A stretch of 64,000 nucleotides of DNA from Octopus sinensis (lineage: Eukaryota): the NCBI RefSeq assembly GCF_006345805.1, contig NC_042999.1:142042001-142106000 (forward strand). Direction: 5' to 3'. The notes beneath the pieces were generated by a model. The model searched no databases. It was not told where the DNA came from and saw only the letters and a list, made by a program, of their open reading frames with translations. The position numbers were made by a program, and so were the translations under genes. This document shows, one piece after another, positions 39,926 through 52,059 of the stretch; the stretch's first letter is position 1; each line of letters opens with the position of its first letter.

Positions 39926-41684
39926 ATATTGGTCGTCGAAATGTTTTGACGTCACATATTTTGATAAAATGACTTATGGCTCAAGTAATTTTTGTAATAG
40001 TGATCAACTACTCGACAGCAATTTTTTGTAGTGTATTTAATTTTGTAGAATGGTGGTAAGAGGATGTTGAAAAGGTGTTAGTAAAAGAAAAAGGGCGATA
40101 GTTTAAATAGTTTGAGAATCGCTTCTCTATACCATTGAACCAGCGACATACAAAAATAGATAAACTAATGAATAAAGACAAGATGGCCAGCGAATACTGC
40201 AGGTTTCATGCCACAGTATCTTTCTCCTATGTGCATTTATATATATATACACGAAAATGCACACACACGATGTGTACGTGTGTGTGCATTTGTGTAATCG
40301 GAAGATATACTCGTTTTATAAATAATTCATGACAAAAAAGAAAAGAGAAAATAAAGAAAGTAAAATATAAAAATAACAACCTGCCTAATAATGTGAAACA
40401 TAAACGCAAACTCCTATTGCAATATGTAAAACCAATTTAAGTCCGACAATAATATGTATTGTAAATGTTAGTGTTTGTAACCTTTTTGAGTCATAGGAAC
40501 AGCCCATTGTTTGTCTAGAGCAGAAAGTCTCAACCTTTTGTAGCTCAAAACCCCCCTTTCACCGAGTGGTATTTTACAAATACCCCCACTCTTCTTGTTT
40601 TGCAGAAGTAGAAACTAAACAATAGAAAAGAAAAAAATACCACCAGCAGATTATCTTAATCAAATAGAAGCTTATTTTGAGCAGCCGTTTATTATCCTTA
40701 TATTCTTATTCTATCCCGTTCAGTATATGCCTAAATTTCGATATCTGAGTGGACTAGGGCTCCCTATGTTATACATAGGGTGTCCTATTATGTAAATTAG
40801 TAAAAAGGGTAAGGACATTATATAATGAAATCATATTGTGTCTTAACACATCATATTTCTTATATTCTAATCCGGACAATTTGTTTAAATTCTGAAAATG
40901 TATTTAAAATATAAAAAAATATGAAATGTATTTAAAATCTAAAAAATATAAAAACGCGGTGTTCTCTAGCGGACAGTTAACACAAAGGAGATAATCATTT
41001 GTTCATAATATGTGGCGGGAATAGAAACTTGATTTTGAAATTAAGGAGGGAATAAAGGAAAAGATGTAAAGAATACACGTATTTAATTTTTTTCTGCTTA
41101 TTTATTACGAAGTTCTTCATTTTTAGTCAGTGGTTATCAAGAAAAATAACGATTCCTCTCAATACACTGCCCCCACTAGCGCCCCCATTCAGCCATCTTG
41201 ATATTTGCCGTCTCTTGTGAACTCACAACTCTTCCAAGAGGACGCTACTAAAGAACCCCTGATCAAGGACAACTGAACTCAGGAAAGATCATTCTTCACC
41301 ACCTCCAGCCAAAATAATTTTGAATCAGCACTGAAAGCTAACGAAACATTCAAAGATAACCAACGACTGCTGCTTAAACATATAAACTTTTAAATAGGAA
41401 TTATGAGTGGCTCGAGTTATATAAACAAAATCGAACACACACGTACAAGGTATATGTGTTGTTAGTTCGAGGGAAGACTGGGGTTTTTATGCGTATGAGA
41501 ATATATTCTCTATGTATCAGATGTAAAAACACACCTGAAAGTAAATCATAGTCAAACGAGTCAACTCACATAGGTTCCTTCTCGGAGCGACAGACATCGA
41601 TGTTTCGTCATAGTTCAGTATGCGGCATTGATAAATGCCGCATACTGAACAAGGCCCGCTGCAAACCACATCACCGATTATGAC

Positions 41685-41840
41685 CACTAGCGTCGCTGGG
41701 AAGGGGGGCAGTCCGCCCCAGGCAGCACTTTTAAAAAAGCACAACTTTTGGGTCTGCTGTGGGCAATATGTTTTTGTGGAGTCAGAGAGCGGAAAACGGA
41801 AGGGCCGCCCCGGGCGGCACACACTCTAGCTATGCTAGGG
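41685..41840. mobile_element. Short hAT-like MITE
   Basis: GC-rich ends CACTAGCGTCGCTGG / CTAGCTATGCTAGGG with subterminal CCGCCCC; 8-bp flanks ATTATGAC / ACAATGAC (6 of 8 identical). Confidence 0.5.
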
Positions 41841-42418
41841 ACAATGACTATATACTAAATGGTTTAGCCACTGAAAAAATTCAAATATAAATTAGAAGTT
41901 GCTGGAGGTATATGAACAAAATCGAACGCACATGCACAAGGTAAGGTATGAGTGTTGTTAACTCTACCTGCAAAGTACAACCGGATGTACTGAGCTGCTG
42001 CTACTGCTGCTTCCGCTGCTGTTGCTGCTGTCGCTGCTGTCGCTGATTCTGTTGCTGATATTTTTGCCATTATTGCTGTTCTTGTTGCTATTGTTTCAGA
42101 TCTACTCAAGCATGCGATGAAAAGGTCATTTAGCAATCACCATCTCATTTTATAATAAAATGTATGTAAGAACACATTATTCAATGTACCCTTTGATTTT
42201 TAAGACGGTAAAGTGCAAGTTGTTGAAGGTTGATGGAGCTGAATAATTTTTTTTTGACCCCTAAGATTTCATGCTTGATTATATGAGAGATGTCAGGTGA
42301 AAAGAGATATCGACCGAGAGATTGCAGGAGAGGCGGAGAGTGAGGGGGGGAATATAGAGGACTGAGAGAATATGTGCAAGAGAGAGAGAGAGAGAGAGGA
42401 GGAGGAAGACGAAGGGGA

Positions 42419-42499
42419 GAAGAAGAAGAAGAAGAAGAAGAAGAAGAAGAAGAAGAAGAAGAAGAAGAAGAAGAAGAAGAAGAAGAAGAAGAAGAAGAA
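42419..42499. repeat. Perfect (GAA)n followed by (CAA)n
   Basis: Direct reading. Confidence 0.97.
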
Positions 42500-42659
42500 C
42501 AACAACAACAACAAAACAACATCAACAGAGAGAGTCTGCATGACAAAGAATATAGGTAGGAAAGCGAATAGAAAGATCAAGAGATGTTGATGGCGATTAT
42601 ATCTAATGAGAGAGAAACAGAACAAATCAGAGAATAAAAGTCAAGTTTCCTTATATCTT

Positions 42660-42849
42660 TTCTTTTGTTTCATTCATTAGACTGCAGCTTTGCTTGAGCA
42701 CCATCTTGAAGCGCTTTAGCCAAACGTATCGACTCCAGTAGTTATTTTTATTTTTAAGCTTCGTACTTATATCGGTTTCTTATGCCGAACTGCTAAGTTA
42801 CAGAGACGTAAGCACACTAACACCAATTGTCAAGCGGCAGGGTGGGGGA

Positions 42850-42885
<36 letters not shown>
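42660..42885 (-). mobile_element. Type A SINE tail
   Basis: GCCGAACTGCTAAGTTAC...TTGTCAAGCG...GGGGACAAACAC. Confidence 0.75.
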
Positions 42886-42945
<60 letters not shown>

Positions 42946-42947
<2 letters not shown>

Positions 42948-43710
42948 CTGGTGAACGCTGGTTTATGGGGTTACCTTGGGTTTCCTGTCCATAAAGGGTG
43001 TAACTTTATGGCGTATCGTTGGCACCCCCAAGACCTGTTGGCCTATGACCACTCTAAAATATGGAGGAAAAATTCTGGATTATCTCCCTTTGCTAATGGC
43101 TATCAACTTCTGGCAGTTCCCAAAATGCCAGCAGAAATCTCCTAAAATGCAAACATGGCCCGAAAATCTCTGTTCTGGAGTTAAGTATAGCTCCTGGCTC
43201 TAGTTATTCCCTGAGGATCCTCGTGCATTCGGCTATCCATAGCTTGCAGCGCCTCGTTCTGTTAATGTAGGGGTCTGAGTTTTCGAGGATTTTCCATGCG
43301 ATCGAGAGTGAAACTCCGTCGTCTTTTAGTTGCCAAACGTGGATGGCCAGCGATGTTACATATCTCCTTTCCAGAACTCTGAAGGAGGATCGATGGTTGG
43401 AAAAGCCTTTCTTGAATGAATTTCCAGTACAACCAATATATTTCCGTGGACGGACGATGTCGGTGTTGTACCTATTATTGTTGTTGTTGCCACCGTTGCT
43501 GCTGCTAACTGTTGATGTAGTTGTAGCTGCCGATGTCGTTGCTGATGTTGCTGCTGTTGATGATGTTGATGATGTTGCTGCTGCTGCTGTTGATGTTGCT
43601 GTCGTTGCTGTCGCCGATGGTGCTGTTGCTGCTGTTGCTGCTGTTGTTGTTGATGCTGCTGCTGTTGCTGGTGATGTTGGAGATGGGGCTGCAGGTGTTG
43701 GTGCCGGGGC
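42946..43710 (-). mobile_element. Penelope-like element 3' part: GIY-YIG endonuclease C-half plus terminal repeat
   Basis: Minus frame RKYIGCTGNSFKKGFSNHRSSFR...SLAIHVWQLKDDG...WKILE...CKLWIAE...LNSRTEIFGPCLH with one internal stop; ends at (TA)n. Confidence 0.85.
42960..43035 (-). ncRNA. Fossil type I hammerhead ribozyme in the PLE terminal repeat
   Basis: GGGGTG CCAACGA TACG CCATAAAG-loop-CTTTATGG ACAG GAAA CC CAA GG TA ACCCC; core differs from CUGACGA at 2 positions. Confidence 0.45.
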
Positions 43711-44082
43711 ATAAGAATGAGACCATTACTCTTACAAAAAAGATGAAAAGTAATTTTACAAACAAAAAAAATATCCCAAGTATCCAAGAATACAGCAGGA
43801 ATGTGGCTGAAGTCTGTCGAGGTCAACTATAAAATGGGAGGAAGACCAACTAAATTGGCCGATAAGGTTTTAAGAATGTAGTTCTTGAAAGTGTGTAATA
43901 TGATATCTAAGGTCAGCGAGCCGGGTGAAATAGGAGTCTGCTAGACTGGTTCTTAGGTAGATTGGAGTGGGGTGTAGGTGATATTTTATTATAGTAGAGC
44001 AGTGGGAAGTAAAGAGAGGTCCTAGGGTACTAGGACCTCTCTTTACTTCCCACTCTCGTGTATATATATACATACACACATA

Positions 44083-44949
44083 CGAGAGTGTATCCAAAAG
44101 AAACCAGAATTCATTTTATTCACTTCGTTTTACATGTTTACAAAGTATTCTCCATTTGAAACAATGCATCTGTCCAGACGCGTTTTCCACTGTTGGAAGC
44201 AGTGCTGGAACTCATGCGAAGTGATGCCTTTTAACATCTCTGACATTTTTTTTTCTTCACTTCTTCCACATCTGCAAATTCCGTAGCACCAACTCTCGTC
44301 ACCAGTGATGACCTCTGAAAAAAGGCCTGGATCAATTTCCAACTTTTCTTTCAGTTTATGACACGCATTCAGTCGTGACTGTTTTTGATCTTCTGTGAAC
44401 AAGCGAGGCACAAATTTTGTTACAACTCTTTTATTTCGCAATTCCTTGCTCAAAATTAGTTAATAGGAGCTCCAGGACACGCCAGTTATATCAGCAAGTT
44501 CGTCAATTGTTCGGTGACGGTCCTTCATGAATTTTCATGATGTTTTCATTTGTTTGGGAGGTCGACAGTCGCCCTGAACGAGGTTGATCCTCAAGCAACA
44601 AGTGACCATTCCTAATGCATGGAAACCACTCGTAAACTTGTGTTTTGCTCATGGCAGCAGCCTTGTAAGATGTTTGAAGCATGACAACTGTTTCGGCCGC
44701 CGTTTACCTCAGCAGAAACAGAATTTCACGGAAGCACGCTGTTCCTTCGTTTCAGCCATCGCAAAAATCGACGAAGAGTGGAGAAGCATTGCAAAACAAA
44801 GATACTCTACGTAGCAGTATGATCCCTCCTTCCACCGGGAAAAACATCCAGTGGTACACTGATGCCTGCAGGTCGCATCAAGTTGCTTCTAGCGATGGAA
44901 GCCTGAACTACAACAGAACGTTCCCGGTTGCTTTTGGGTACCCGCCTCG
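44083..44949 (-). mobile_element. mariner-family element, internally deleted
   Basis: TA TSDs (44081-82, 44950-51); TIRs CGAGAGTGTATCCAAAAG / CTTTTGGGTACCCGCCTCG; MSKTQVYEWF, KFVPRLFT, ITGDESWCYG, QWKTRLDRCI. Confidence 0.9.
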
Positions 44950-44951
44950 TA

Positions 44952-44990
<39 letters not shown>

Positions 44991-45127
44991 TGTGTGTGTG
45001 TGGTGTGTGTGTGTGTAGCGCTACGGAGAAGGCCTGAACCTGGAATCATGAGGTTAAGAAGCAAATTTTTAATCGTAGTCACGCCTGCGTGTACTCACGT
45101 ATTTATGGAATAGATATAGGACAGTTT

Positions 45128-45469
45128 GGATATTTTCCTTTTGATGGACGGAATTTTCTAGTTAACTAAACAATTTGAAACTTCGTATACTGGTAGAATG
45201 TGTCAAAGAAAACATTATTGTAAACAAAATTGAAAACAAAATTGTAATTTCTAAGTTTAACGTAGTTTAATGATTCGAATTTTAACCAATGAAATCCCAG
45301 CATCTTCGAATTTTAACCAATGAAATTCGAGCATTTGAGCTCAAATCATTTGCTGCGTTATCGATATTGATAAAGAAACATAGCAGACGCATGCCGCATA
45401 CACACACACACACACACACACACATATTCAGATACATACACACGTACACTTGCACGCACACACTCTCTG

Positions 45470-45506
<37 letters not shown>

Positions 45507-46260
45507 AACATGCATATACATTTGCACAAGCACATAGTAATTAATATATAAGCGTACACACACATACAAACGGACATATACATACACACACATACGCACA
45601 CAAGCATACATACACGTTCGTGAGTTGCCCCTTGCCGCAACAAATTTACACAAAAGGTAAATAAACCAGAAGGGGGGGGATCAATGTTTCATCGTTTCGG
45701 GGTCGATAAATTAAGTACCAATTACGCACTGGTGTCGAGGATTTTTTTCCCAATTTATATCACAGCTTCCGACAAGCTGGGGCATCCTTTTCTGAAAAAA
45801 TATTTCGCAAATTTTTACAATACGACTCACACTCCACGCGCAAACTCTAGACCGCTATAGGCATATTATTGATTTGTTGTTTCTGGCCCTTCAAAACCAT
45901 GGGAGAAGCCTTTTCGGTAACAAAAATAAAGAAAATATTCAAAAAATATCGTTAATATTTTTATTGGGCGACGAAATTCATCGATTTAAGAGATATAGCT
46001 GTTATTTCTAGCACATGCAGAAGACAGAAGAGACAAGGATGAATAAGACGTGTGTGTGTGTGAGTTTTTAGACGCAGAAAATGGTTTGAGCTCAAATGCT
46101 AGGATTTCATTGGTTAAAATTCGAATCATTAAACTACGTTAAACTTAGAAATTACAATTTTGTTTACAATAATGTTTTCTTTTGACACATTCTACCAGTA
46201 TACGAAGTTTCAAATTTTTTAGTTAACTAGAAAATTCCGTCCATCAAAAGGAAAAGATCC
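45128..46260. mobile_element. MITE with about 200-bp TIRs and 8-bp TSD, carrying nested SINE fragments and microsatellites
   Basis: TIR GGAT(A/C)TTTTCCTTTTGATGGACGGAATTTTCTAGTTAACT; TSD GACAGTTT at 45120-45127 and 46261-46268. Confidence 0.88.
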
Positions 46261-46620
46261 GACAGTTTTCATTTCTCCTTCGCGTTACCTATTTTTGTCT
46301 TTTCTTGCAGCCCTAAGGCTTTTATTGCTGTATATTATTATCATTTCAATTATTTTCTTCGTGTGGTCCTAAGCTTCTATTCTGCTTATTGTTTTGCCCT
46401 TCGTCCGTCCACTAACGGCCTCGTTTTGTTATGTTTTGGTCCCATTCCCGGCAGGTTTCTTATCGGTGCCTCCAGAGTGGAAACAATATTATCGATAATC
46501 GCCGAAATTACGCTTGACCCTCTAGCTGATAACTGAAGAGGAGTTGTTGACCTTCTGTGTTTTCTGTCCGTCTGTGTATTTAGTATATTTTCGTATGTCT
46601 ATTTACTACACGTTTTTTAG

Positions 46621-46661
<41 letters not shown>

Positions 46662-46711
46662 TGCACAAACGAAACAAGGGGACTCGGCCAATTTATTGGG
46701 CGTTACTTGTA

Positions 46712-48588
46712 TGGATCAAAACAGTTTGTTTCAAATTCGTTGGTATTCTTGAGTTCCAAGCGCGATGCTAGTTGTCAGCCATTTTGAATTTGAATGACAG
46801 TTGATTGTTATTACCTCAAGGTGGACTGCGATTGGCCGAGGAAGGTCACGCGGTGTCGTGGTTTGATGATGGAAAATACTGCATGACTAACAGTAAATTG
46901 ACCACGTGGAGGACAGAAAATAGACTAAAAGTCGGTCAGGTTGTTGGGAGAGGGGGAAGTAGGAAGTGGGGGCATGTGCAAGTATATAGTTCTGTATGTG
47001 GGTGCACACCCACATACGTGCTCATATTGTTTTGTGTGCATGTGTATATGGATGCGAGTGTACGCATCTGTGCATGGGTGCGCACACGCACGCCTGCACA
47101 CATACACACACGCGCGCTTGGACTAACACGTACGCTCGCACAAGCACACACATACACACGCATACGTACACATAAACACACATACACGCGAACACACATA
47201 CACACATGCGTACTCATTCATATGTACATATGTATATTCGCATGCATGTACGCATGCATACCAGTGTGCGCGCGCCCACGTATGCGCATACACATGTGCA
47301 TTCACATGCGATTCTACATGTACATTCGCGCATATGCATTCGCGCGATTGCATCCAAGCAATGGGCACATGCGCATTCGCGCGTGTACATTCGTGCGCGC
47401 GCGCAAGTATACACGCGCAAAACATGCGTTGGGGATTGGGAAGCGTTGGGAATTGGTAAGTGTTTGGGATTGCTATGCGTTGAAGGTTAGTAAACTCTGG
47501 GAATTGGTAAATGTCGGTCCTGCTCATGGGGTTGACTGGAAGCGGTGATCTTGGTGCAGGCGGGGAAAATTTCAGGCCTTTGCTGACAACCCAGATATAC
47601 CTATTTCTTTACTACCCACAAGGGGCTAAACACAGTGAGGACAAACAAGGACAGACAAACGGATTAAGTCGATTATATCGACCCCAGTGCGTAACTGGTA
47701 CTTATTTAATCGACCCCGAAAGGATGAAATGCAAAGTCGACCGCGGCAGAATTTGAACTGAGAACGTAGCGGCAGACGACTTACTTCTAAGCATTTCGCC
47801 CGACATGCTAACGATTCTGGCAGCTCGCCGTGATATACCATCTTAGCACTAGCTGCTACATTGCACCGCCCGCACGAAGGTCACCGTAGCAACCAATCCT
47901 ATGAGCAAGATCGCCATTTACCAATCCCCAACGTTTACCAACCCCCAACACATAGCAACCACTTACCAATTCCCAACGCTTGTTTTGCGCGTGTATACTT
48001 GCATACGCGCGCAAATGCACATGGGTACGCGCGCGTTCAAATGCACATGTGCAAGCGTATGAGAGTGTGCGCGCATACTGACATGCATTCGAATATACAT
48101 ATGTAAATATAAATGAATACGCATGTCTGTTTGTATGCATGTATGAGTGTGCATGTGTGCGTATGCATGTGTTAGTGTGCGCGTGCGTGCTTGTTTATCT
48201 AAGCGCGTTCTCGTGCGCGTGTGTGCAGACATGTGCGTGCGCGCCCATATACAGATGTGCACACTCGCATTAGTATACACATGTATGCAAAACCATATGA
48301 TTGTGTCTACCCCTTCCTACTCTACCCTCGCCAACAACCTGACCGACTTCTAGTTTATTTCTAGTCCTCCACGTGGTCAATTTCCTCTTCGCCATGCAGT
48401 ATTTTCCAACTAACTGTTATGCATGTACCAACATCAAACCACGACGCCGCGTGACCTTCCTCGACCAATCGCAGTCCACCTTACGGTAATAACAATCAAC
48501 GTCTGTCATTCAAATTCAAAATGGTTGACGACTAGCATTGCGCTTGAATCTCATGAGTATCAACGAATTTGAATCAAACTGTTTTGAT

Positions 48589-48591
<3 letters not shown>
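46712..48591. mobile_element. About 1.9-kb foldback element (arms about 46712-47565 and 47862-48591)
   Basis: Ends TGGATCAAAACAGTTTG / CAAACTGTTTTGATCCA flanked by TA; arms align along their whole length. Confidence 0.88.
47602..47831 (-). mobile_element. Type B SINE inserted in the foldback loop
   Basis: 8-bp TSD GATATACC at 47594-47601 and 47832-47839. Confidence 0.9.
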
Positions 48592-48682
<91 letters not shown>

Positions 48683-48686
<4 letters not shown>

Positions 48687-48885
48687 AGATTCAGTTGAAT
48701 AAGGTACTTAAAGTTAAAGGCACCTAATTAGGTCGTTATAAAATGCACACCCAACAATTATTGATGAATACCAATCTTGGTACAGAAGTACTGGCAGAAT
48801 GATATTCAGATAATGTATGCAGTTAATTGGACCCAACTGAGGATATAATCCGCTCTTCAGCTATCCAGACATGTACATTTTATCA
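48683..48885 (-). mobile_element. Possible PLE terminal-repeat fragment with a half-intact hammerhead motif
   Basis: Minus strand CTGAAGA GCGGA TTATA TCCTC at 48860-48839; reads into (TA)n. Confidence 0.35.
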
Positions 48886-49029
48886 AATATACAGTCCATA
48901 ACATACTTCGGAATACGCGAGGAGCATGTTCCGTGATAGGTGAATCAAAAATGAATAAGTTACAATTGATGGACAGATGTAATGAATTAACACCTGTCCA
49001 TCAATTATATATATATATATATATACACA

Positions 49030-49100
<71 letters not shown>

Positions 49101-49264
49101 GTGAGAGAGAGAGAGGGGGGGAAACAGAGAAAAAGAGAAAAAGGGAGAAAGAGAGGAGTCGCAGAAAGATTAAGATTGAAGATAAAGAAACTTTAGACGG
49201 AGCATGATGAAACGCAAGGCGAGAGACTAGGAAAGATATCGTTTGTGTGAAGGTGAGAGAGATG

Positions 49265-49308
<44 letters not shown>

Positions 49309-49935
49309 AAAGGAATAAGAAGAGGGGATGATTATTTGAAAGAGCATTAGAATAATTGAGAGCTTATTAGGATACTATTATATATTTTACGTTGAACTTT
49401 GAGTAACCTTTACTGGAGGTAATAACGACCAGCTACAGCTAAAACTTTCGCTTAAATACCAACGTTGATAACCTGTACCTACATAACTGCGCGCGCGTGC
49501 ATATGTGTGTGCGTGCGTGCGTGCGTGTTGTTCAAAGTAAAAACGTGTTCTTGTAAAGAAGTGTGTTGGTTTAAGGCCCATTCAGAAGTGTTGAAGAAAC
49601 TTACTCAAGAATTATACAGAATACTGCTGAAATGGGAAAGACTTACACGCATCGTATATTATCTAGATCAAAATCTTGCGGACTGAACCGATTTAGCATC
49701 AGTTTCAATCACAGATTCAGACTAATCTCAACGTTGGTAACGTAAAGGACATGTAGCACAGAATAATGCTGAGCCATTGATCAATCTCATGAAAAACAAT
49801 TTTACTGGTGAAATCATAAAGGATTTAACAAAACAGACGAAACAATGGATAAAGCAGTATTCAGAGCTGTAGCCGTGAGTGAGTGAGTGAGTGAGAGAAG
49901 CAGAGAGAGGGTAGGGAGAAAGAGTTAGTTACATC

Positions 49936-49996
<61 letters not shown>

Positions 49997-50097
49997 TGGG
50001 AGAGAGGGAAATAGGGAGAGAGATAGAGAAAAAGAGAAAGAGAGACAGAGACAGATAGTCAGGCAAACAGACAAAGACAGAGTCAGACAGACAGACT

Positions 50098-50151
<54 letters not shown>

Positions 50152-50299
50152 ACATTAACAGCAGGGATGATTTACATATCGTTGAATGCTTCCCTGTTAT
50201 AATCGACTTCACTCTGAACTAAACAAAGAAAAGTGCCACAAAGCATTGAATACATTAGCAAATGAAGGAACTCTTATAGGCGATTGCATAATAACTGAG

Positions 50300-50960
50300 G
50301 TTCTCATCTGCGAGTATCACATGATTACACATTATGCTCTGTGCTGTTGCGCAACATATTTTCACTTCGTGTACAAAAGCAAACAGGACTGGATCGACTA
50401 AAATAACAAACTTGATGATAATCTGTTGACCATTCAGATTTTTGTATTATTGGAGCTTTGCATTCCCCAAAAATCGATAGTGAACTCAACAGAAACATTG
50501 CGAATGGCGCATCAACTTTAACAGAGCTTGAATGATCAAATAACTAACCTTACAATCTTACACAAACTAATCTTACACAAATAAAGTCTTACGCACATAA
50601 ATGAAGTCTTTCTATACATGCTGTTTAGAGACATTTTGAAAATTTCGTAGAAAAACTAAAGTAAAACAAAAAAAAATACCAAGCTCATAGTAGTTGAGAA
50701 TGTTAGGGTATGCGTGCTCGTAATCTTCTAACAGAAATGATTGTATTGGAGCAGTTGTGTCGCTAGAGTGGAGAGTGATCGCATTCATAACGACATACTC
50801 TGTGAAAAATTGGCAGAGACAAACGCAAATTGGAAAAAGCCTAAGTAGTCCTTAAAGACATTAGCAAAGATATTCATCATCATCACCGACATCTGGGAAA
50901 CTGTCCAACATGACGAATCTAGAGGAAGGAGGCAAGTAGAACTGTGTTGGACCACATGCA
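50300..50960 (+). mobile_element. Highly decayed RTE-type LINE
   Basis: IDSELNRNIANGAST near 50475-50520 and RIHNDIL-like residues near 50780. Confidence 0.4.
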
Positions 50961-52059
50961 ATATACAGAGTCAAATAAGCTTCTGAAAAAAGCGTTGTAC
51001 CAGAAAATCAAAATTAGTGAAAGCATCTATTTGTATGCAAAACAGCAGAGACTGTATCTTCGGCAGTGAATTTTTTAGCCATAGCATTCCAGGAATGCAA
51101 TTTCATAACCTTCTGAAAAATAAAGAAACGCACACACACACACACACACACACAAAGATAGGTATTTGTATATTTATTTACATGCAACCACATGTAAAGA
51201 TGTGTAGATGCAGAGAAATTTATCTTAATTCTAACTGAGCTTAATTCTAAGAGTGCGAACCCATTTACTTATCTTTAACTTTTTTCCCTAGTTTTATATT
51301 ATGATTTATATTCGATGTTGCACCAGGTTTATCTCCCAGTTCGATGTTCAATCCTCATCAGCAACTTTTCATAAACTAATTGATAACATTCTATAAAACA
51401 AGTTCTTATACATTATACATCAAAAAGACAAAGGAAATCTCTGCTCAATTTAGCAAGAAATGTTGCCGCTATATTCAATTCATTGGTTGAAAGTTAGTGC
51501 TAAAACAGGTAAGAAAAACATGGAGAATTCGACATCATATCTACTTGACTAATGCAACTTTCAATACAAAATTACTTTAGATATTCTTTATTGAAATTAA
51601 GGTCAGTTTGATGAAAACAATAACAAAAAGAAATCGTAACAAAATGTAAGCATAATACAAAATGTGTCGAATGCAAAAAGTTTCGTCAGAACAGTGTTAA
51701 TGTAACAATAATAAATCTCTGAGCGAGTGTTAATGTAGTCAACGCTTATCATAAATTCAATTGTTACGTCTGTAATAACTCAATCGGAAATGAAAAGGAG
51801 TAAAACATCCTTTGTTTGACAACCATATGGTAAATAAAAAGAGGTAAAATGAAAGTTAACAACATAAAAAAAAACAGTAGTAATAGGCAGGGAAGAAAAT
51901 ATAAACGAAATACGTAATAGGTTGGAAACATGAAAAATGCTTGCTTTTCACTCGTTAACAGAACTTGAGAAATAATAACCAGGATGTTAGCAATAACGTT
52001 TTGGTTTAGCACACATTAAACGTGTATTATATGCTTCTGTGGCTGTTTGTATAAATCTG

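Noticed and set aside
43356-43826. Host polyQ/His transcription-factor exon
   Set aside because: Its 3' part overlaps a clear PLE GIY-YIG frame, and there is no domain or splice support. Kept only as a de novo ORF note.
46485-46525. Hammerhead-like motif CTCCAGA...CGAAATTACG
   Set aside because: Core, stem I and stem II are all mismatched; too degenerate to call
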